The position numbers and the translations under genes are program-made. DNA of 64,000 nt from contig NIVC01003922.1 in assembly GCA_002269645.1 (NCBI GenBank), positions 1-64,000 of the forward strand, read 5' to 3'. The number at the start of each line of letters is the position of its first letter. Position 1 is the first letter of the stretch. The notes below the pieces were generated by a model. The model had not been told where the DNA came from. It made no database searches and worked only from the letters and a program-made list of their open reading frames with translations. Of the stretch, positions 1 through 9,827 are shown one piece after another. The DNA comes from Macrostomum lignano. Lineage: Eukaryota.

Positions 1-1351
1 CAGCTCTCTAATCAGACAATGGAAAATAGGCAAACCCCGGATAAGCAGATAAGCAGCAATTAGAGCACAAATTAGTAACAGGAACTTACCGGCAGCTGCA
101 CAGAGAGAGAGAGAGGGCGAGTGACGAGGCGGCTGTAGGCTGCAGTCAGGCAGACAGTGAAGCGGCGATGCGCTGGAGGCGACGAGGCGCTGATGTAGAT
201 CAGGCGATGCTGATGATGCTGGGGCGGTATCAGACCGCTGGCGATAGGCGAGCTCACTTGGGGAGCTAAGGATAACTTGGCGGTAACAGACGCGGACCGG
301 CAGGGATTTCGTCTTATAGACGAATGGCAGAACTCAATCTGACTGCAAGTCCAAAGAAGGACGAGGAGAGAAAAAAGGTTGAAGCGTAGAACGCCGAAAG
401 CACTGACGATTCTCATGCCGAAATCGCTTCCTTTTATAGACCTCACAGCCGCCTCCCAAGGTCGTTACCATGGCTCCCTCTCTCTGATTGGCTGCCGGCA
501 GAATGACGTCAGAATGAGTCATGATGAGAAGCATGAGACCGGCATAGCAATGAGAAATAGGGAAATTGCGCAATCCGGAGGTGGGGTGGGGGATAATTGG
601 CGCAGCGGGTGGTTGCGAAGTGTTGCGCAAGCAAACATTGAGAACAATAGGGCTGGGGTCGAGAACAAAGGAATTGGAAATCGGGATAATTGGGGAAACT
701 GAGAACAATGGAAAAGTAAACATTGGAGAAAAGGTGATAATTAGGTGCGAAAACGAGAACAAAAGAAAGAGAAAATCGAGAAAATGTGATAATTGGTGGG
801 GTCGAGAGACAAAAGAAGCAAAAACGAGAACAATAGAAGCGGAGGTGGGGTGGGTGTCGCATGAGAAATTTGGGGAGGAGAACAATGGCGTGAGAAAAGG
901 TTGCGCAAGAGAGGGGGATGAGTCATCGATGAATCACCGAGGGGGAGAGGGGGTCACACGACTTGCGTCACCGTTCGGGAGTTTGAGAGGGGATGGGGGA
1001 CGGTGAGCACACAAAATACTGTAAGTAGACACAGGGAAAGAGGGGACAGCGCAGGAAAAGAGTGCAGAGGCGAAAAAAAAGAGGAGATAGAGAAAGTACA
1101 GGAAGAATAGGGGGAAACAGAAAGATAGGTAGAGGGGGAGGTACAGAAAGGGTAGGGCTCCGGAAAGGCAGGTGTGGCGGCAGGAGAGACGGGACCAAGG
1201 CAGCAGGAGGGGTGCAGCAGAGCGAGAGTCTCCAGGCCCGGTCGGAGACCTGGCCGAGTCTCGACAGCTCTGTGCAGAGGGTGCACGGGATAGGAGGCAC
1301 TTTCGAAAAAGTTCCGCATGCCCTATCCGCGACCAGAGCGTGGTTACATCA
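1..1351 (-). repeat. 3' LTR (partial)
   Basis: Aligns by eye to 13038-14222 with substitutions and indels. Ends at GGTTACATCA (1342-1351). Carries the same TATA (430-439), CCAAT and TGACGTCA motifs. Confidence 0.88.
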
Positions 1352-1367
1352 CACCCCACTGCCTTTT
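1352..1367 (-). other. Polypurine tract
   Basis: Minus strand AAAAGGCAGTGGGGTG directly abuts the TGATGT start of the 3' LTR. Confidence 0.7.
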
Positions 1368-1949
1368 GTGACGGAACTGGTTCCGTCATCATCACTGCCC
1401 AACATGGAACCACACAGACGGGAGCGGGATCTCAACCGAACGTGAAATCACAGAATTAACAAACGCGAGCGGAATGGGAAAAGGCGATAAAATAGAGGGG
1501 ATAGCAATAAATTCACAAAACGAGATACATAGGTTGAAGTGCAATACAGAATTTCAAAAACTTCAACTGTTGCCGTGGCTAAAGTGGGAGGGGGGGAACC
1601 AGGCAGCGCAATAGTAGGGAGAAAAATAGCGAATTGTCAACAATAAATTATCATAATTGGATAGAAGCGCAGCTGGGGAGAGAGGAAACGGGGAAGGGTG
1701 AGGGAAGTGGGGAAAAAGAAGGGGGGAAGGGTTGCTAGCACACAGCCAAGGCAGAGCCTCGGGAGAACGACAATTACACAGTGGGAAAATACTAATGCAG
1801 CGCAGTAAATTAATAAGCTAATTTCGCCGGGAGTTCAACCGCACGGAGGCCTAGCGTCCTTGAAGGCTCGGACCCCGCTTCAGCCAGTCAGAGGGCTTCG
1901 GGGCGATCGGTTGTAGGCTGGGAGGCGCCGCGCCGGGCGCTGGCCACTG

Positions 1950-2062
1950 TATAAAAGGCGCCACTGATGACGGGAGCCGGCTGCCTGCAACCTACACGGA
2001 GTCGCAGTTTCCAACCAAGGCACTCAGCGCGATTTTCCAAACTATACAACTACTCGGTAAGT
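1950..2062 (+). promoter_or_regulatory. Internal antisense TATA box, short exon and splice donor
   Basis: TATAAAA at 1950-1956 after a GC-rich stretch. TCG|GTAAGT consensus donor at 2057. Confidence 0.4.
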
Positions 2063-2403
2063 CCCATCACCAACCTGATTTCCTTTCGCCTGTACGTTAA
2101 ACGAAATCCACCCACTTGCCATGCCTTTCATATTAAACTGAGCCAATTGCAGTAATAATATATGGCCTTTCTTACGGTAAAAGTAGTGAGCAGCCAACAC
2201 AGAGCCATTTTTAGGAACTTTTAGGATAATGACACAACAATGACTCGTATATTGGTTATTAAAGTTTAAAAATGAATATTAGGGAAGAACCGAATATTAA
2301 TAGGATAATTTCACCACACACACACGACAAACACACAACGCAAGGGGGCGGAAAGGCGGGTCGGACCGGCCGGCGGACGTCGCTCAGCAGGCAGTCGGCA
2401 TCC

Positions 2404-3749
2404 TTACTCGAAATGGGCCTCTTGATTTAGCTGGTACGGGCCATATGCCGCCACCTGAGCCATGGCACTGGCCCATGCTTCCACATAACGTTGGGCTGCC
2501 GCGGCCGTGAGCACCACTCGGTGCCATCGGCTAGGCAAGATGTCGTTGCGCAGCACGCCCCTCAACTGCGGCAGAGTCGGGATGCCCAGGGCCCGGCATT
2601 GGACGACAAAGGCCGCATTCCGTACTTGTTGCAGCCGTGTCAGAGTTGGTGCAGACAGGGCGGCTGCACGATTGCAAATGCTGCAAAGTGCCACGGGGCA
2701 CCTCGGCCAGGCCCGCGTAGCCGGGCTCAACGTCGCCCAGGGCCGCCAACACCCACCCACAGCGGCGATTGAACCGTTGCGAGAGAGTGGCGGCCCAGGC
2801 CACTGTGGCAAACGGCGCATAGAGGAGGGGCGCAGAGGCCGGCGCGGAGGCCGCAAGAATGCCGTCGTGGATGACGAGAGCCTCTTCCCATTCGGCGCCC
2901 TCGCTCAGGAAGCCCCAGAGCAGCCCTGGCAGGTCCGCAGGAAGCATGCCCCAGCGGCTGGCCAAGCTGGCCAGGCCAATCAATAGCCGGGCTCTCTGGT
3001 TGGTGTCAGTTGTCTAGTCATCTGAGAGGAGGCTGCGCAGCTGATGATCACCTTCTTGTAGACCGGCCGATCGCAGGTGCTGAAGATTGCTGTGATGGGG
3101 GCACAGGACGGCGGCCGGGCTGTCAGGTGTGATGGTTCCTCCTCCACAACCTTGCGGAGGAACTTGGCGGCCTGCCGGACTAGGTCGCCGAGGGCGTATT
3201 TGTAGGCGCTCTGGGCCGCTGCCTCGATGTACATTAACAGCGTATTGTCAACCAATCCCAGCAGGGCCGCTTTTGACAGGATGAGCAGACAGGGCCGGTC
3301 CAGGTTGTCGCGAAGTTGGCGCTCTAGAGTCGCGTGCCTGTCCTCGGCCTGGAGTGGGCCATGATAGGACTCGGGCCCGACCCAGTGCACCAGATCCATT
3401 GCTGTCGCCGAAGGTTCGCCAGCCACCTGACCCCAATCGACTTCTTCTCTTTGCAGGGCGATGTCCACACTTCGGCGGCTGTTGGCAGAACATCACGCAG
3501 GCGGCGGGCCGCCTCGCCGAATTCGGCCGCCATGTCCGAAATGTCCGCGGTGTCGCCCCCAGCATTGGCCGGGTCGATTGTCTCGTCACCTTCTTCGACC
3601 CTGGCGGAGGCCGCCGCTGGCGGCTCGGGGCCGTCCTCCGCCTCTTGGATGGCGTCACGGGGCCGCTTTCGGCTAACCGGGCTGGCAGGACGCTCAGACG
3701 GTAAGCTGGAGCATAGCTGAATTCGATTGATGGTAGGCTTCGTGTCCAT
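2404..3749 (-). pseudogene. Unknown ~450-aa protein, broken into four overlapping ORFs by frameshifts
   Basis: ORFs 3749-3324, 3468-2980, 2983-2531 and 2856-2404 tile one GC-rich coding-like stretch. ATG at 3749, TATAAG ~95 nt upstream (3843-3849). No family recognised. Confidence 0.55.
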
Positions 3750-3877
3750 GTCAAGCTGGATAGTTCATAGAATGCTTCAGCGATTGAATGACAGAATGAT
3801 TTCTCTGATTGATGATTTCCAGCTCTGGCAGGCGTGGGTCTTCTTATAGTGCCGGTATTATGCTTTCAACACTCCCC

Positions 3878-3939
3878 TACTTCCACTCTCCCCCGGAGAA
3901 CTCAAGTATGTTTGAGTTCTCCGGGGGAGAGTGGAAGTA
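3878..3939. repeat. Perfect 28-bp inverted repeat with 6-nt loop
   Basis: TACTTCCACTCTCCCCCGGAGAACTCAA (3878-3905), GTATGT, exact reverse complement (3912-3939). Confidence 0.95.
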
Positions 3940-3942
3940 AAT

Positions 3943-5964
3943 TGTAGTCTCCGTGGGAGAGACTTTGTGGCGATCATGTAGTCTCCCCTGGTCGTGTGGT
4001 CTCCCCTAGTGTTTTTTTATCTTTTGCGTTGCAATCTCCCGCATGAACTCTCCCCCACGAAGAGCCGTATTTAAAATATGTATCGGCACAAAAAAGTTCA
4101 AACATTTCTGTAATTTTCTAAACCAAAGTCAAAAAAAGATATATTTTCAGAGATTAGTAAATCCTAGTTAATTGTAAGTGATTAAATGAGCAGCATAAAT
4201 TTGACAGCACTTGCGGTTTAAGTGGCCAATTTTAGATGAACACCATTGATGCAACGGGAAATGTCCTCCAACTTGTACACGTTTCGGCCAAGCGCTGCAG
4301 TGATGGTGAAGATTTTACGGCTCCAGAGAGGCGACATTTTTCCACCTTTACGATCATCACGGCGCTTGTTGCGAAGCCGTACCTTGTCACCAACTTTGAA
4401 GTCGCTGAACTTGGCCGCTCCCAGTCGCTGCTGGTGTGTGCGTACCATGATGTGCTGAGCTCGGCGAATTCGGCGATAGAGTCGAAGCTTAGTTCGCGCG
4501 CGCTCTTCGTCCTTGATGCGCAGCCAGTCACGATCCAGCGTTGGCTCTAGGTAGCGCCTGTCTGCCTCTCCATCAGCGAAGTCGGAAGGAAGAACAGCGG
4601 TGTGTCCAAAAGCGGCCTTGAATGGAGAGACACCTGTGACCGAATGTTTTCTAGCATTGTATGACAGCTGAATCTGTCCCAGATGCGAGTCCCAGTCAGT
4701 TGCAGTTTCGTCACAGGATTTGCGGAGCATGAGGAGGCATGTCTGGTTGAGCCTCTCCGTTTGACCATTGCTTTGAGGGTGGTAGGAGCTGGTGACTCGA
4801 CGCTCCGATGCACCAGATTGCAAAAGTTGGTCGATGACATGGTTGCAAAATTCTCGACCTTGATCCGATAGAAGAACTCGTGGCCAACCAAAAATATTAA
4901 ACACCTCGCGCAAGACAGGCGATCGTCACTGCTTGGATGTTTGGTAGAGCTCGAAAAATGGCAAACTTGGTGAATTTGCATGTGATTGTCAGGATGTACT
5001 TGTTTCCCGCGGAAGACACGTTCGGCATAGTAATGCAGTCGATGCAGGTAAATCCGAAGAGATGCTCAGCCGAAGATGGGATGCTAATTGGGTGCAATTC
5101 ACGCGAGGCAGAGCGGAACTTCTTGTTATTTAGTTGACATGGCTCACAATGTTTTATGATATCCTCGCAGATGGCCGTGACATTAGATTCTGTGAAAAAT
5201 CGCTCGTTGAACTTGGTGATAGTAGTCCGAATGCCGCAATGTTTTCCTTCTAGGTGTAGTGCCAGCACCCTTTCCCGAGTCTCAGGCTCTGAAAAAATGA
5301 CGGGTCGCTCATTCTCGCTGCGTTGCTTCTGTGAGTTTTCCTTGTTCATGACTTTTTTCTGCAGTCTGCCGTCTCGAAGGGTAAAGGTCTTTGATTTTTC
5401 CCGTATTCTCCGCTTTAGATTCTTTGCTGCTGCACCATTCAGCTGCTCGGGAATGTCGACGTAAGAATTGGACAGCAAATAATGAAAAACCTGATTTAGC
5501 GAGGCAGTTGCCATTATTGCGGTCAGCAATGAATTAATTTTTATTGAGACTTGGGACTAATTGGTGCACGTGAATTAAATAAAGCTCAATTCTATTGATC
5601 GACCAGGTTTCAGCTCTACAACCCACCCTCCCTCCGAACCCACCAATTCTAAACTAAATCAGTGAGTTGGAATTCAGATTCATAAAATTGCGTCACCAGA
5701 ATATGTCACAGCTACTCATAGTGCTGCAAGACCTGGGGCTTAAAGCTTAAATGATTTGCCTGCGCTAATGTGCAAGGTGCGTGTAGGGGTGCGAAAGTGT
5801 GCTCACCGAACGTTTATGGATAAGTGGGGGAGGGTGCAAGTAAGGGAGAGACTAGAAAGTCCGACTAATGTCGTGACTTGCCGTCTCCCCTAGGGAGCGA
5901 ATTCAAGTCACTCGACGATCGTTTTGTACTCTCCGGGGGAGAGCGCATGAGGTGGGAGAGTACA
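3943..5964 (-). mobile_element. Candidate Ginger-like DNA transposon around the integrase
   Basis: TGTAGTCTCC at 3943 versus reverse complement TGTACTCTCC ending at 5964. CTCTCC/GGAGAG motifs cluster at both ends. Flanks AAAT/AAGT give only a 3/4 TSD match. Confidence 0.4.
4218..5514 (-). pseudogene. Free-standing Gypsy/Ginger-type DDE integrase with one frameshift near 4913
   Basis: H2C2 zinc motif (LHLEGKHCG...CEPCQ), core IDCI...SDQGREF...YHPQSNGQTER, C-terminal FKVGDKVRL...GKMSPLW. Own ATG at 5514 and no RT/RH upstream. Confidence 0.88.
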
Positions 5965-6419
5965 AAGTCTGACACCGGGGCTGGCTTCTCATTGGTTGAG
6001 CACACTGGGAGGCACACCTGCTGCGGCCGGGGTCGCCGTTGGCTTGGGACCGCTCGCTTTAGTCTCCGTGCGCTCTGATTGGCTGGTTCCGCCACTTCCT
6101 GTTTCCTCACCTGTGAGCAGGGGCAGGCACCCGAGACCACCTCCGTTCGCGCCCGCGGCAGATCCGTACTCCAGCCGACAGAGATCGCACTCCCACCTCA
6201 CATGCACACATTCAGATCAGGCACACAAATTAATTTGGTTAATATGAATAGAAGAGGGATTTGGGAGATTAGACTCCGGAGGATTAATGATGAAGCGGCC
6301 CAACTCCCTTCGATTTCTTCCTTCAACGCCACGCACACGCAGTTCTCATCCATGCCTCCGAGACCCTCATAAACTTAACAGCCGAAAGAATTTGAAAGAG
6401 GAATTAATCATTAATTTGA

Positions 6420-6715
6420 CTGCCACCAGTTTGATGTACTATTATAAAAGAGAAAGGGGAACCTACCACCATCTTGGCGCATTACTAAAGAAAAGAAAAG
6501 GAGGATCAGCCACCATTTTGAGAGAGGTTGCTAGGGAAAACTGCCACCAATTGTACATTAACAGGGAAGAGAAAGAGGGAACTCGTCACCAATTAGAGTG
6601 GATTGCACGGGGAAACTGCCACCATTTGCCCTTCTACCAGAGGAGAGGAAGACGAAAAACTGCCATCACTTAGAGGTGTATTATTAAAAGAAGGCGGGGA
6701 ATAAGGCTACCACTA
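6420..6715 (-). repeat. Array of ~8 degenerate U5/PBS-like motifs (CTGCCACCA on +) spaced 33-47 bp
   Basis: Motifs at 6420, 6463, 6507, 6541, 6583, 6616, 6660, 6707. 6420-6438 is 18/19 identical to the true LTR-PBS junction at 12172-12190. Confidence 0.8.
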
Positions 6716-6879
6716 CTTGATCACCTAGAGCTCAAGAGAAGGAAAGGGAATGAAGAAATGAAGAAACCCCCAAGAAGGCCACTATCACACGCCATAAAGT
6801 TAAGATCCCCATCTATCTACATCCTAATAATTTGCTAGTTTCCTAACTCCTATCTTATCCTTTAAATTCTTGCGTCCAG

Positions 6880-7286
6880 GGCTCCGACAGGTCACCGCCG
6901 AGCCCATTGTTGAAGAGGAGTCCGACTACGAAGCGCCCGAGGGCAGCCTTTCCGGGCCGGACACCCACTCCGATTCTGGGTCGGCCGCACCACCAGGCGG
7001 AGTCGGCGCCGAGGCGCCCGAGCCGCGCGGTAATCGGGCCGCCAGCGCGCCAGCGCCCGGGGCCAGTTGGTCGCCGGCGCCGCCACCGCTGTCAGGACGA
7101 GCCCGACCTCAGCCGCCGGTGGCGACCGTGGCACCGGTAGCCGCTGCCCCACAGTTCTCGCCAGCCTCTATGGTGGAGACCGATGGCTCCTGGCACTTGG
7201 TCGTGCTGGCGACGGCCCTGGTAGCCGGTCTCACCATGCATTGGCTGCTGCTCTTGGAGCTGTTTCTGCGGCTTCCCAACTGCTGA
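6880..7286 (+). CDS. Antisense exon encoding Pro/Ala-rich stalk and C-terminal hydrophobic anchor
   Basis: Pyrimidine tract plus CAG acceptors at 6879 and 6890. Open frame ends WHLVVLATALVAGLTMHWLLLLELFLRLPNC*. No ATG of its own upstream of the stalk. Confidence 0.45.
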
Positions 7287-7876
7287 TACTAATCCTTCTC
7301 ACGCTGACTTAATCTACCTACTCGAAACTTAATTGCCCCACTAACTGACTTTAATTACTTACCTGACCTACAGTGAGTCTATACCTAGCCTACTCTAAAA
7401 TAAACATTGCTCCCCATCTGTCTACTAAACTTAATTACAATACACACCCCACTATTGCATCATCGAAACCAATTAAAATTTTCCCCAAATCTGACTTTCA
7501 CAAAGTGTGAACAAACACACGAAATCAGACCTAAAGGTGCTAATTTCCTACGGTCCCAGACTTCCATTGTTCCCAGAAAATCTTAAACAGCGGGACAGGA
7601 CCTCCTGTGGAGCAGACCCATAGAAATTTTACTAGTTTCCAAGTTAATATTTACTGTTAGGGAATTAACGCATACCGTACGGGCCTAATTTTCGAGCTAA
7701 AATCTTAGATATTTAAACAACACCAACGAGCACGAGGTCACAACATAAATTCGAGTAATAGAGGGCATACGTAAATACGCGAAAAGCGGTCTCCAACGGG
7801 GCAACACGAGCAAAATTTCGACACGCGAATCGGGGGGGGGAATTAAGCAATCACTGGCTAGCTACCGATCTGTTAC

Positions 7877-8400
7877 TCAGCGGGGGTCGAATGGGAGACT
7901 CACACCTAGCAAGTAAACATTTTCTGTTCGATAGTCTATGATAGCATGCGCACTGGCTAGAAAAGCACTACCCAGGAGGGAAACTGCTGCTGAATTGCCA
8001 ACGACCAGAAAGAGGATTCTCACCTCTTCTAGCCCAATAACTGCTGTGAGGGTGGCCTGGCCTAGCATCTCTAATTCATTGCCCGTGTAGGACACGGCCT
8101 TCACACATGGGGGCTCCAGGGCCTCCACACTCTGTCCGGTAATTTTAGTAAAGTCTTTGACTGTTAGCAAAGACAGCGCACTGCCCCATCTACCAGGAGG
8201 CGGGTGGGAACATTCTCAATTGGCAACTCTACAACAATATCTCTCCCGCGTTGTCCTCTAGCTGGTCTTGGCTGATAGAAATCGGGTACCTTCTCAAATC
8301 TAAACTTCTTGCTGGGCGGGCGTGGCAGGTTAATCTGGGCCCTAGAGAGGGAACGGGGCTGAGTTCGGGCCGGGCCATTCAGCCCTCCCACGGGTTTCCC
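7877..8400 (-). pseudogene. Retropepsin-like aspartic protease (pol frame), frameshift at the catalytic motif, stop right after the domain
   Basis: VVELPIENVPTRLLVD[x]GSALSLL...SYTGNELEMLG...SLLGSAFLASAHAIIDY. Frame break near 8185. No RT motifs downstream. Confidence 0.8.
8338..8400 (-). promoter_or_regulatory. -1 ribosomal frameshift signal: G GGA AAC plus putative pseudoknot
   Basis: Slippery heptamer at 8400-8394, 8-nt spacer, stem GGGCUGA/UCAGCCC, loop GGCCC complementary to downstream GGGCC (8342-8338). The -1 frame is the protease frame. Confidence 0.75.
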
Positions 8401-9827
8401 GAACCCGGGGGCTCTTCAGGCGTGGGAGGAGGAGGCATCAGAGCTTGCGCGCGCAGCTAGCTGGGCGAGCCTCTCCTGCCTCTCCCTGGTAGCCTCGTCT
8501 AACATATCTCTGCCCCAATCCGCTAAATCTTGCCTATGGCGATCGGGTGGCGCACGAAGCTGCAATTGTTGCTGCTGCACACCCGGCGCCGGCGGCGTGG
8601 GCGCCTCCTGAATTGCAAGCGGCGGGGGCTGGGATTGGCGCCAGTTCCTACTGCTATTAGAGCCGCCCTGCCCCTGCCTCCAGTTCCTGTTGGGAGTGGC
8701 GGGGCGAGGGGGTCTCATCTGCTGGGGCAGCTGGGCAACAGACTCTGCTGTCGCCTTCATAGTTTCATTGAGCTGCACCAGCTGGTTGCGCAGATCCTTT
8801 TGCGTTTGCTCTAGCGCGCCCAGCCTCTCTTGCATCTCTGATAGGCCGTCACCGTCCTCCTCCGTCTCGTCAGCTTCCTGGTTCACCATCCTGACCCACT
8901 TGCGAGGGGGCCTGGGTGGCTGCTGAGGTTGCAGACGGACTTCGGTGCGGGACTCAGACTTGGGCGGGCCACTACTGTCCCATTTCCCGGCTAAGTCTGC
9001 GGCTTCTAACAGGGCTTGCTGCTGTTCTAACACCTGCTCAATTGTCTGCCAGCGACGGCTCAACAGATCTTGTCTGACCTGGCGGGGGAGCTTAGCGTGT
9101 TCCAAGTAGGTGTACACGATTTCTTGTTCTCTCTGCTCACCCTGAATCTGAGGAAACATGGCCGTTATCTGAGATCTTATCATAGCAGCAAAAGCACTAT
9201 GTGATTGGCCGGGTTTCTGGCTCAGATTCTTCAGCTTATTTCTCTTAGCCAGATCAGTGTTGGCCTCGCCCAACTGCTCGCCTAATCTAGATACGAACTG
9301 CTCAAATGGCAATTGCCCGTCCAATCCTAAGGCTAAGTTCTGAAATTCGCCTGGGAGGTGCGAGATGAGCACCTGTTTCCTAGCCTGATCTCCTACAGTT
9401 CTCTCCGCGTCCAGCTTGTAGATCATTCTCTCTACCCATTGCACAAAACAGTGTTCGCCGGGAGAGAACTTCTCTACGTAGATTTTCGGCCTCTGGGCGT
9501 CTTGGCCCATGTTTAGCTGGTTTAACGCATTGGCTATAGCAGCAACTAAGTCTCCTAGCTGCGGGACTGCCTGAGGAGGATTCTGGGCTGCGTCCGGGGA
9601 GCAGCGGCGGCTGCTGCGTCACCCTGATTGGGAGCGGGAGCTGCTACTCCTTCATCTGGTTCCTCAACTACTACTGCTTCTGGAGGCTGAGGGACCTGGT
9701 TACCAGCGGCTGCGGCCATTGCGGCTGCGGGGGCGGCAACTGCTGGGGTGTCAGCGGCCGAGGGTGGTTGACCAGGGGCGTCTGCGCACACAGCTTCTAC
9801 GACCCTATCTCCACGCGCCCGTGACAT
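8379..9827 (-). pseudogene. Gag-like protein, with frameshifts near 9580 and 8450
   Basis: ATG at 9827, Ala/Pro-rich N-terminus, capsid-like core (EKFSPGEHCFVQWVERM...LKNLSQKPGQSHSAFAAMIR), coiled coil. Corrected C-terminus ...PPGSGNPWEG*. Confidence 0.8.

Noticed and set aside
72-1459. ORFs within the LTRs (also 13297-14227)
   Set aside because: Low-complexity purine/pyrimidine-biased sequence, and the frames are not preserved between the two LTR copies.
6420-6715. CRISPR-like reading of the motif-spacer array, and of the satellites
   Set aside because: The motif is only ~9 bp and degenerate, the context is eukaryotic, there are no cas genes, and the satellites have no unique spacers.
8416-8418. 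Stop-codon readthrough from gag into protease
   Set aside because: The in-frame TGA is better explained by a 2-nt loss in a (GC)n run. The corrected gag ends at a canonical G GGA AAC -1 site.
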